Source: Mobula hypostoma (lineage: Eukaryota). Taken from it: a stretch of 64,000 nucleotides of DNA. The stretch spans positions 31,436,001-31,500,000 of the forward strand of contig NC_086108.1 of NCBI RefSeq assembly GCF_963921235.1. Direction: 5' to 3'. The notes beneath the pieces are model-generated. The model saw only the letters and a program-made list of their open reading frames with translations. It was not told where the DNA came from and ran no database searches. This document shows, piece by piece, positions 24,586 through 35,848 of this stretch. Both the position numbers and the translations under genes were made by a program. Every line of letters begins with the position of its first letter. Position 1 is the first letter of the stretch.

Positions 24586-25169
24586 TACTTCCATCAACTG
24601 CCCACCAGTAACCTATCATTAAACCAAAAGACATTTGCTACATACACTTGGTGCTGCTGCATGCTACCCCCTACATCAGTTTGTACTTACTGACATCCAT
24701 TCACCTGTCACATCACCCAAGCAGATTGAGTTTACCTCTGGCCCAGGAGAAGATGGCACAAGACGGAAGGTGGGAGAGCTAATTGGAGAGTGCCAGGCAC
24801 ACTTCAATAACCTAATACACTCGTAGGAGGCAGGAGTAGCCATTACCAGAATGCTCATTATTTATGCCCTGTCAGAAGAAAGGCTGAAGTCATCAAAGAT
24901 GATACCAGCCTCAACAGGACTTCCATCCAACTCCCCTTTAAAGCTGCTGTCTCTTCCAAGTGGCAAATGGTATGTAACACTTACCTTATCTAACCCAGCA
25001 CATCGCAGATGCAGATGACATTTGCAAGTTTTGTCACCAACCAGCTGAAAAATGAATAAGTGGAAACCCTTTTGGTTCTGGCAGAGCTGACATGTGGCAA
25101 CTGGAAAACAATGGGTAGTCAATAGCAACTAACACACCTGCAATCCATCCAAAAGCTCAACCATCCAAT

Positions 25170-26300
25170 ATCATAAGATTAAAGAAAACCTATGAAATAG
25201 GAGTTTGTTTGGCCCATCATGTCAATGCTGATCATATAAATAGCCACCGATCCCACCTTCAAGTAACCCTGAAAATCAAGAACATTGTCAAGTATTGTTT
25301 AAGTATGAGGAGAGTTTCTGCCTTGCCCGTCTTGTCTGGCAGCATGAACCAGATCACCAACATCCTCTGATTCATAAGGTTTTTCCTCACCTCCCCCCTA
25401 ATCCTTCAGCATTTTAAAACAATCTCAGTGTTCAACCACTCTGCTAATAACAGTATTTCCTATTGATTTTAGTGCAACCTTTCCTAACTTCATATGCCTT
25501 ATGTCGTCTCCACTCTGCCTCTTCAAAAAAAACTTTAGCTTATCCAATGGTTAATTTTTTCCATTCCAGGCAGCATCCACAAAGTTCTCCTCTGCACCTT
25601 TCCCATATGTTTCAAGTAGTGTGATGACCAGAAGTTTACAAAGCCCTCCAGTTGTGGCCTTTCTCCTGTCATATATAGCTCTATCTTAAACACCTTATTA
25701 TTATCCTCTGCCTCTCAGCCAATAAAGGAAAACATCCCAGACACCTTTTTAACCACCTTATCAATCTGTCCTGCTTGCTACCTTTAAAGACCAGTGGACA
25801 TAGATTTCTTGGAGACTCTAGAGACTGCAGGTGTTGAAATCAGGAATAAAAAACTACTTGTTGCACAGTTTTCCAAAGCTGGATTCAAGGACCTAAGTTA
25901 TAGAAGAGGTTGGCCAGGATATGTCTTTAACCCTTGGAATGTAGGAGAATGCAAAGTAACCTTAGAGAAATGTTTAAAATTATGAAAAGGCATAGATAAG
26001 GTGGACCATTACAGTCTTTTTCCCAAGAAAGACGAGTCCAAAACTAGGGGCACAGGTTTAAGGTGAAGGAGTTAGGATTTAAAAGAGGCCTGAGAAACAA
26101 GTTTTTCAGAGAACGGTGAACATGCCTAAGGAAGTGGTTGAGGCAAGTACAGTAGTATAATTTAAGAAGCACATAAATAGATACATGAAGAGGCAAGTCT
26201 TGGAGGGATATGGGCTAAATGCAGGAAATTGAGACTGGCTGGTGGGCACTGTGGTTGGCATACTCATTGGGCTGTAACCATGATGTATTGCTCTTCGACT
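25170..26300. mobile_element. Two degenerate CR1 3' fragments (minus about 25170-25800, plus about 25870-26300)
   Basis: CR1 3' motifs on both strands, e.g. AAAACTAGGGGCACAGGTTTAAGGTG and GAAGTGGTTGAGGCAAGTAC. Confidence 0.65.
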
Positions 26301-26795
26301 TTCTCTGCCTCTAAGAACTCTCAGTATCTTCCGATCTATTGTCTAATCACTTACCATTATGTCTATGTACGAATATGTCTAATGCATATCCTTGAATGTA
26401 TTACCTCATACACAAAAAATTGAATTTTATTTGTCTCTGATTTATCTCACTGACAAAATTATCTATATTGCTGCTCTAATCATTTAACCCTGTTGTGTTT
26501 CAGAAACATGCATCAGTCTAGCAGAACCTTACATTTCACCTCCTCTTCTCCCCCTTTCAGTATCTCATCCAACTTATTGTTCTTACGTCTCACAACTTGT
26601 CTGGCTCACAGGCAGCATATTTTTAGCACTCGTACTATACGTAAGTGATGTGATCATTGATAAATATGAATGGCAGCTTTCATTTGTAGGTTACAGAAAG
26701 AAGAACAGTGTGAAGACATCAGCAATTTCAGATAATTCCTCCATATTCATGACTTTCATTCTGCAGTTTATCTCAGCATGTTTGAAACTGCTTAC

Positions 26796-27025
26796 CTAAA
26801 CACATCTTTCACCGGCTGTGAGAAAATAAAACCAGATAGTGTCGCAGCTCACGCTGCTTGACGATATGCCTGGCAAGGCGATACCATAACATCTGCCTTC
26901 ATTCATTAGTCACTCTTCTCCAATCGTAGTAGCCACGCTTTAACTGAGGGAAGTCCCAGAGCTGTAACGTTACGGCGCAGCTTCTGATTGGTTCATTATG
27001 GGGATTCCGCACGTCAGTTTCACAC
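26796..27025 (-). promoter_or_regulatory. Candidate NF-kB-responsive promoter and first exon
   Basis: 12 CpGs in about 210 bp; GGGACTTCCC (26957-26948); GGGGATTCCG (27000-27009); CCAAT boxes at 26984-26993 and about 26920; TGACGT at 27016-27011; donor TTTAG|GTAAGC at 26796/26795. Confidence 0.55.
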
Positions 27026-27189
27026 AATTCAAAGTTTTTGATTTCACACTGCTGCCCTAGAAAGATCTACTCAGTGATAATGTGCTTGGCAGATACATTC
27101 TTGCAGGATCAGCATGAATCTTGTGTACTTTATTGCACACTGCAGTGTGGAAATGTAGCCTGTTTCTAGGTGTATTTTAATCCTTTTTA

Positions 27190-27460
27190 TTTCTTATTTA
27201 TTGTGATACAGTGTAGAGTAGGCCCTTCTGGTGTTTTGAGCCACACTGCCCAGCAACCCTTGATTTAACCCTAGCCTAATCATGGGATAACTTACATCGA
27301 CCAATTAGCCTACCAACTGGTACGTCTTTTTGGGCAGTGGAAGGAAATCGGACCATCTGGAGGAAACCCATGATGTCACGAGAGGAATGTACAAACTCCT
27401 GACAGGTAACAGAAATTGAACCCGGGTCACCTGTACTGTAAAGCATTGAACAAAACACCA
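27190..27460 (-). mobile_element. tRNA-derived V-SINE-type element
   Basis: Minus strand has B-box-like GACCCGGGTTCAATT followed by the central GGGTTTCCTCCAGATGGTCCGATTTCCTTCCAC domain. Confidence 0.75.
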
Positions 27461-28189
27461 CACTTCCTTCCCTTCACTGAACTGCATGTTATAGAGTATC
27501 AGACTTGGCTCATGACATATGGTTACCCTGTTATATGAAAGATACTATTAAACTAGAACAAGTAAAGAAAAGAGTTACGAGGCTGCTACCAGAACTTGAG
27601 AGACGAGGTTACAGGGAGATGTTAAGCAGGCAAGGAGCATATGTGACTGAAGGGTGATCTTATGGAAATGTATAAAATCATGAGAATGAATGCACACGAT
27701 CTTTATTTTCCATGTTTGAGGAATTAAGAGCTGGGGGCATGGGTTCAAAATAAGAGGAGGAAGATTTAGTAGGAACTGAGGGGCAACTTTCCCACCAAGA
27801 TGGTGGCACATGCAGTCAAAGGGTCTGCTTCCATGGTGAATGATTCTGTGCTCTCTCTATTGTATTTTAGTTTCTCTCTGCATAAGAGTTTTACACATAA
27901 AACCCAAACCCTTAGTAACCTGGGGGGTACAAAATTTAGAGCTTCTAGCTCGTAGCCTCCAGAGACACGGGTTTGATTGCCTTTTCATGTTCTGTCTGTC
28001 TGGAATTTCCATATTCTCTATGTAACTGCATGAGTTTTCCCTGATGTTGCAGCTTACCTCACACCCTTAAGGCATGCCCATAGGCTAGCTGCCAACATAA
28101 ATCTCCAATTTACAGTATCTATTGTACAAATTTACAAATTTAATAATCTGCTGTAAATCTCTGATCTTACAAGAATCACTTGTAAGAAT

Positions 28190-29785
28190 CATTACCAGAG
28201 CAATGGAAAATCGCCAATGTCACTCCACTCTTTAAGTAGGGAGGGAGGGAGGCAGAAGATAGAAAATTATAGGCCAGTTAGTCTGACCCCGCGTGTTGGT
28301 GGGATGTTAGAGTCCATTATTAAGGATGAGGTTTTGGGGTACTTGGAGGCACATGATAAAATAGGCTGAAGTCAAGAGGGTTTCTTTAAGGGGAAATCTT
28401 GCCTGACAAATCTGTTGGAGTTCTTTGAGAAAACAACAGGCAGGATAGACAAAGAAGAGCCAGTGAATATTGCTTATTTGGATTTTCAGAAGGCCTTTGA
28501 CAAGGTGCCACACATGAGGCTGCTTAACAAGATAGGGACCCATGCATGGTATTACAGGAAAGATATTAGCATGACTAGAAGACTGGTTGATTGGCAGGAG
28601 GCAAAGAGTGGGAATAAAGGGGAACTTTTCTGGTTGGCTCCCAGTGACTACTGGTGTTCCACAGGGGTCGGTGTTGGGTCCACTACTTTTCATGTTAAAT
28701 GTTAATGATCCGGATGAGTGAAATAATAGCTTTGTAGCCAAGTTTGCAGACGATACAAAGGCAGGTGGTGGGGCAGGTAGTGTTGAAGAAGCGGGAAGTC
28801 TGGAGAGGATTATAAGAAGGGGCAAAGAAGTGGCAGATGGAATAGAAAGTAGGAATGTGTATGATCATGCATTTTAGTAAAAGGAATAAAGGCATAGACT
28901 ATTTTCTAAATGCAGAGCAAATTCAGAAATCAGAGGTACAAAGAGACTTGTACCTCTGCAATTTCCTTAAAGATTAAATTGCAGCTTGAGTCATTAGTAG
29001 GGAAGGCAAATGGAATGAAAAACATTGGATGTATCACAGTCTTTTTTTTTAAATGGGTTCTATTGGGTTTCCTTGTTTTGCGGCTGCCTGCAAGGAGACA
29101 AATCTTGAGGTTGTATATGGTATACATACGATGATAATAAATGTACTTTGAATTTTCAATGTTAGTATTCATTTCAAGATGACTGGAACATAAAAGCAAG
29201 GATATAATGCTAAGGTTTTGTAAGACATTGGTCAGACTACACTAGAAGTATAGTGAGCAATTTTGGACCCCTTAATTAAGTGCTGACATTGGAGAGGGTC
29301 CTGCGGAGGTTCACGAGAATGATTCCAAGAATGAGAAGGTTAACATATGAGGAGAATTTAATGGTCCTAGGCCTGTATTCACTGGAGTTTAAAGGAATGG
29401 GGAGAGATCTCACTGAAACCTATTGAATATTGGAAAGCCTAAATGGAGTCAATGTGGAGATGAAAGTTTCCTGTAATGGGGGAGTCTAAGACCAGAAGGC
29501 ACAACGTTAGAGTAGAGTGAAGTTCGTTTAGACAGAGATGAAAATGAATTTTTTCAGCTAGCAGGTAGTGAATTTGTGGAATTCATTACCACAGTCAGCT
29601 GTGGAGATCACGTCCTTGGGTATATTTAAAACAGAGGTTAATAGGTTTTTGATTAGTCAAAGGTAATGGAAAGAAGGCAGGAGAATGGAATTGAGAGGGA
29701 TAATAAATCAACCATGCTGGAATGGTGGAGAGACTTGAATGAATGAAAGGCCTAATTCTGCTCCTATGTCTTATAGCGTTATGAT
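28190..29785 (+). mobile_element. Degenerate CR1 RT to 3' end (short repeat inserted at 29015-29155)
   Basis: YLDFQKAFDKVPHMRLL, GVPQGSVLGP, AKFADDTK; CR1 3' UTR. Confidence 0.88.
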
Positions 29786-30099
29786 CTTGTTTTGTGTTGA
29801 ATTGTTTTTGTTTTGCATCCATCAGTGGTCTGAAACACAATTAACCTTTAAGCATCATTAGAGCTGTAAAATAGTTATACATAGGAAACTGGCATTGCAG
29901 TCCAAGCAACATATCACTTGCTATAGTAATTCATATCGAATAAACATAACGTCCTTCACTGATTTTCCCTTTCATTACACCTATGAAGTGTTTTCAAAAC
30001 TGGCAACAAGTATAAAACATTAAAGTGTCTCGAAAACAGAAAACATTTCTATCAACATTCTGCTCTGCTTACAAGAGGGATAATACCTACTCTAAATAA

Positions 30100-33055
30100 T
30101 TCATAAAACTGTGTGCCTCCAAGTACACCGAACCCTCATCCTTATGAAGGACTCCAATAAATTCCCAACCACTGAAGTCAGGTTAGCTGGCAAATAATTT
30201 CCTTTCTTTGACTTCCTCCTTCCCTCTTAAAGAGTGGAGTGGCATTTGCAATTTCCCAGTCCTCTGGAACCATTCCAGAATCTAGATATTCTTGAAAAAT
30301 CATTACTAATGCCTGCATAATCTCTTCAGCTACTTGCTTCAGAACCCTGGTGTGCAGTCCATCTGTTCCAGGTGACTTATCTACCTTCAGACCTTTCAGC
30401 TTCCCAAGCACCTTCTCCTTACTCCTTCAACTACACTCACTTCTGCTCCCTGGCACTCTTGAATTTCTGGTGTACTTCTAATGTCTTCCACAGTGAAGTC
30501 TGATATAAATTACATAGAAACATAGAAAACCTACAGCACAATACAGGCCCTTTGGCCCACAAAGTTGTGCTGAACATGTCCCTACCTTAGAAATTACTAG
30601 GCTTACCCATAGCCCTCTATTTTTCTAAGCTCCATGTACCTATCCAAAAGTCTCTTAAAAGATCCTATCATATCTGCCTCCACCACCATTGCTGGCAGCC
30701 CATTCTACGTACTCACCACTCTCTGCATAAAAAACTTTCCCCTGACATCTCCTCTGTACCTACTCCCCAGCACCTTAAGCCTGTGTCCTCTTGTGGCAAC
30801 CATTTCAGCCCTGGGAAAAAGCCTCTGACTATCCACACGATCAATGCCTCTCATCATCTCATACACCTCTATCAGGTCACCTCTCATCCTCCGTTGCTCC
30901 AAGGAGAAAAGGCTGAGTTCACTCAATCTGTTTTCATAAGGCATGCTCCCCAATCCAAGCAACATCCTTGTAAACTTCCCCTGCATTCTTTCTATGGTTT
31001 CCACATCCTTCCTGTAGTGAGGCGACCAGAACTGAGCACAGTACTCCAAGTGGGGTCTGACCAGGGTCCTATATAGCTGCAACATTATCTCTCGGCTCCA
31101 ACCACTGAAGTAAGACTCACTGGTCTATAATTTCCTGGGCTATCTTTACTCCCTTTCTTGAATAAAGGAACAACATCTGCAACCCTCCAATCCTCCAGAA
31201 CCTTTCCCGTCCCCATCGATGATGCAAAGCTCATTGCCAGAGGCTCAGCAATCTCCTCCCTCGCCTCCCACAGTAGCCTGGGGTACATCTCATCTGGCCC
31301 TGGCAACTTATCCAGCTTCCAAAAGCTCCAGTACATCCTCTTTCTCAATATCTACATGCTCAAGCTTTTCAGTCCACTGCAAGTCATCACTACAATCACC
31401 AAGATCCTTTTCCATAGTGAATACTGAAGTGTTCATTAAGTACCTCTGCTATTTCCTTCGGTTCCATACGCACTTTCCCACTGTCACATCCCATAGGTCC
31501 TACTCTTTCACGTCTTATCCTCTTGCTCTTCAAATACTTGTAGAATGCCTTGGGCTTTTCCTTAATCCTGCCAGCCAAGGCCTTCTCATGGCCCCTTCTG
31601 GCTCTCCTAATTTCCTTCTTAAGTTCCTTCCTGTTGGCTTTATAGTCTTCTAGATCTCTAACATTATCTAGCTCTCTGAACCTTTTGTAAGCTTTTCTTT
31701 TCTTCTTGATTAGATTTATTACAGCCTTTGTACACCACAGTTCGTGTACCCTACCATAATTTCCCTGTCTCATTGGAGCGTACCTATGCAGAACTCCACA
31801 CAAATATCCCCTGAACATTTGCCACATTTCTTCCATGCTTTTCCCTGAGAAAATCTGTTCCCAATTTAAGTTTCCAATTTCCTGCCTGATAGCCTCATAT
31901 TTCCCCTTACTCCAATTAAACACTTTTCTAACTTGTCAGTTCCTATCTCTCTCCAATGCTATTGTAAAGGAGATAGAATTATGATCACTATCTCCAAAAT
32001 GCTCTCCCAATACCAGATCAAGTACAGTCTCTCCTCGTGTAGGCTTATCTACATATTTTGTCAAGAAACCTTGCTGAACACACCTAACAAACTCCACCCC
32101 ATCTAAACCCCTTGCTGTAGGAAGATGCCAATTGATATCTGGGAGATTAAAATCTCCCATCATGACAACTCTGTTATTATTACACCTTCCCAGGATCTGT
32201 TTCCCTATCTGCTCCTCGATATCCCTGTTACTATTGGCTTTTCTGCAGCCGTGACCCTATCTCTGATCAACAGTGCCACACCCCCACCTCTTTTGCCTCT
32301 CTCCCTGTCCTTTCTGAAACATCTAAAACCGGGCACTTGAAGTAACCATTCCTGTCCCTGAGCCATCCAAGTCTCTGTAATGGCCACCACATCATAGCTC
32401 CAAGTACTGATCCACACTCTAAGCTCATCCGCTTTGTTCACAATACTCCTTGCGTTGAAATAGACACATCTCAAACTGTCGGTCTGAGCGCGTCCCTTCT
32501 CTATCACCTGCCTATCCTCCCTCACACACTGTCTCCAAGCTTTCTCTATTTGTGAGCCAACTGCCTCTTCCCCAGTCTCTTCAGTTCGATTCCCATTGTC
32601 TGCCATTTCTTTGTCCCCCATTACTACATCTCCAGCATCATTTTCTAGTGGTCTGATATCCACTCTCGCTTCTCTTATACTCTTTATATATGAGAATAAA
32701 CTTTGGTATCCTCTTTTATATTATTGGCTAGCTTACCTTCATAGTTCATCCCTTCTCTCCTTATAGCTTTTTTAATTGCCTTCTGCTGGTTTTAGGAACT
32801 TCCCAATCCTCTACCTTCCCACTAATTTTTGCTATACTGTATGCCCTCTCTTTTGCTTTTATGCTGTCTTTGACTTCCCCTTTCAACCACAATTGCATCA
32901 TCCTCCCTTTAGAATGCAGTACTTCTTCTCGGTTGGGATGTATCTATACTGTGCCCTTGAATTGCCCCCAGAAACTCCAGCCATAGCAGTTCTACTGTCA
33001 TCTCTTTTTGTCTCCCTTTCCACTCAACTTTGGCTGGCTCCTCTCTCATTCCTCT
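30100..33055 (-). mobile_element. Older CR1 fragment split by a younger CR1 (30513-32596)
   Basis: KVDKSPGTDGLH at 30178-30411; this sequence continues at 32597 (DIRPLENDAGDVVMGDKEMAD). Confidence 0.75.
30513..32596 (-). mobile_element. Younger CR1 (APE start to 3' tail) with the RT core deleted
   Basis: LRCVYFNARSI..VVAITETW, MMGDFNLP, NYRPVSLTSVVG joined at about 31097 to MLQLYRTLVRPHLEYC; (TTTCTATG)n tail at 30513-30530. Confidence 0.9.
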
Positions 33056-35848
33056 ATCGCATAGGCATTCTACAAGTTTGAAATCTTGGGATAAAGTAAG
33101 CCATGAGTAATTAACCAGGCATCTGGCATCTGCTTTTTCTTTAGTTACACCCAGGCTATGAGAAGTACTGGAAAATCAGATCTGTATTGGCCATATTTTT
33201 TGATGAACTTTAGATCATGGTCTCCTTGGGGGCTTTGCTATTGCTTGCATGGTAGCGTGTGGGGGGTGGGTTCGGTGCCTTGTTGAAGCAAGTGGGGGGA
33301 GGAGGGAGTATTGATGCTTTTACTGCTGCTTGTGCATGGGAGAGGGAGGGGGTCTTTGGGGTTCTAATGGTTCTGTCATTTATTCTTTGGTTTTTTTTTC
33401 TGTTTTGTGGATGTCTGTGAAAAGGAAGAATTTCAGGTTGCATACTATATACATTCTCTGATATTAAATTGAGCCAAAGAACCATTTATGATGTGCTAAT
33501 GGGGCCTTGAGATGAGCTGCTACATATAAAATCTCTGCAGTGAAGATGCTCCCACAGTGCCATCAGGTAAGGAGCTTTAGTGTTGTGGCCCAGCAATAAT
33601 GAAGAAATGGCCACTGTCTTCTTTCTGAAATGGAACACAAGTTGCATTGACTATAAGTGCTAGTTCTCATTAATCCATTGCAGCTCCAGTCTCCCAGTGT
33701 TGTAGACTTCAGATCTCACACTAGGTCTTTCCATCATCCATGGGTCTGGTACTTGTGAAATGTAAAAAAAAATGTTCAAGAACCTCTAAATCCAAAATAT
33801 TGTACTGGAAATAAATCAGATCATCAAATTTCCTTCCAGCCTGTGCACTCTCCAATTGTTCCAGAAGCATTAATATGCTTGACAGGAATCAATGTGCACT
33901 AAGGTATTGAACAAAAATTAATGTAACATAAAGGCACTAAACAGTAGCATGATTTACATACTAAACTATTTGCTGAAGAGCATACTTGTTTCTTCCTCAA
34001 AATGTGCAGTGCACCAAATAAGTTTGTAAATTTCAAATGCAATATCATCAGTTTTTGGTTCTGAAGTACCTATCTTCAACACCCAGTCTCACTTCAAACG
34101 TTTGCATGTGAAGAGATGCAGACAAAGATTTTAGGGTTCTAGTAATTTGTCCCTCCTTCCCACTTGCATGCCACCATCTGCAATCTTTCCTTTTTCGCAT
34201 TACATGCCTAAATCATCAAAATACAAATTCACTGCACAGGCTAGTTGCTCTTTTTTCCCCGCAGGAGTGATCTTGGCAACATCATTTTGTGACACTGACT
34301 CCTAGCAGCTGGCAGTACCACAAGTCAGTTCACACTCACAATAAACTTACAATCTCCAATGACAAGAAAGATTTATCTTCCGTGTCCGCACCACTTTGAA
34401 TTTAAACCTCAGAGGTGAAAGTGTATAATTGTATACTTTAATAATTGGTGTTGCATTCCATGCAACATTAAAATTCACTACGAGGTAAAGGCATTCTTGT
34501 TCTCTCACTCCTATGATGAAAGGTAGGGCGTAGAATTTGATTTTCAGAACTGAATTATTTTGCAAAGAATGTTTATTTAAATAACTGCACTTTTTGGATG
34601 AATTGGTTTCAGATCGCCAACCTTTCATCAGATGAGACCTAAGCTGCCATTTCCAACTTCTTCCAGTTCTGATTAAACTCAAACACAGACTCCGTTCATC
34701 TATTGATAGGGCTTCCCTGAACTTCTGAGCATTTCACATATTCATCTTCTGCAGTGTTTTGCATCTTGCATTAAGCTTCCTGCAGTTCTTGGGCAAATTG
34801 TCAAACCCATCTCGGGTTCTAGACATTTGCAGGTTTGTTAACCACTAGATGGTCTATTTCCATTTCCTGTTACATATGGTATTGCTTTGTTCTGATTAAT
34901 GCTGCAAATTCACACACATTTTTAGCCATCTGATTGAGAATGTGGCTGCAATACATATCCATGTGAATTATATCATTTCTAGATATGTATATAGTGGAAT
35001 ACAGATATATATGGAACTGATGTTCACCACCCAAGTTCATGGTATATTAGCACTGTGGTTTGTTGTGCTATTCTCAAAGCAATGGAAGTTTCCCCTGAGC
35101 AACTATTTGGAAGAACACATTATCATTATTTCACGCCATTGATTCACCCTTTTGACAAGCGGTGGTATGAGATAAAGTTTCACAAGGTGACCACAATACA
35201 AATGACATATTTCCTGGAAATCTCTTTGAAGTCGCCTCAGGTAAAGGCTCAGTGGGCTGATTCTTCTGTCTCAGCACATGAACCCTCTCAGTGGCTGAGC
35301 TACGTTCGAGTTGCTTGAATACTGATCGGAAAAACTAAATGAGCATTTGAGATGTGAGGATTAGAATGAAAAATGGCATCATGAGTTTCAACTCAGTAAC
35401 AGTCAATAACTTGAAAATCAACATAGACACAAAAACACACAAAGATTTTCCCCAATATAAGGGGAGGGGATAAAGTCTGTAAAGTATCTGAGAAGCATAC
35501 TTTTCACACAGAGATTGGTGGATATATGGAACGAACTGCCAGAGGAAGTGGTACAGGTGAGTACAATTACAGTGACATTAAATGAAAGGCATCTAGTCAG
35601 ACAGTAAAGATTTATAGGGATATAAGCCAAACACAGGTAAATGGGACTAGCTTAGGCATTTTAGTCAGCAAGGACGTTTGGCAAAATGACTGTATTCCAA
35701 TCTGTATCACCCTTCGGCTCGCTCTATGACCTCCGGATCCCAGGTAGGGTAAGATGATGAATATCACAGATTTATTATGAATCCTTTGAAGAAGTTAGGG
35801 ATGGCACGGTAGCTTAGTGATTGGCGTAATGCTTTTCAGCACCAGTGA

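Noticed and set aside
23380..25000. Host exons on both sides of the Tc1 element (about 95 open codons from 23384; AG..GT segment at 24875-24968)
   Set aside because: The downstream part resembles decayed LINE sequence (LSLPSGKWY is like the Rex-type LLPSGRRY end); no coherent splice structure.
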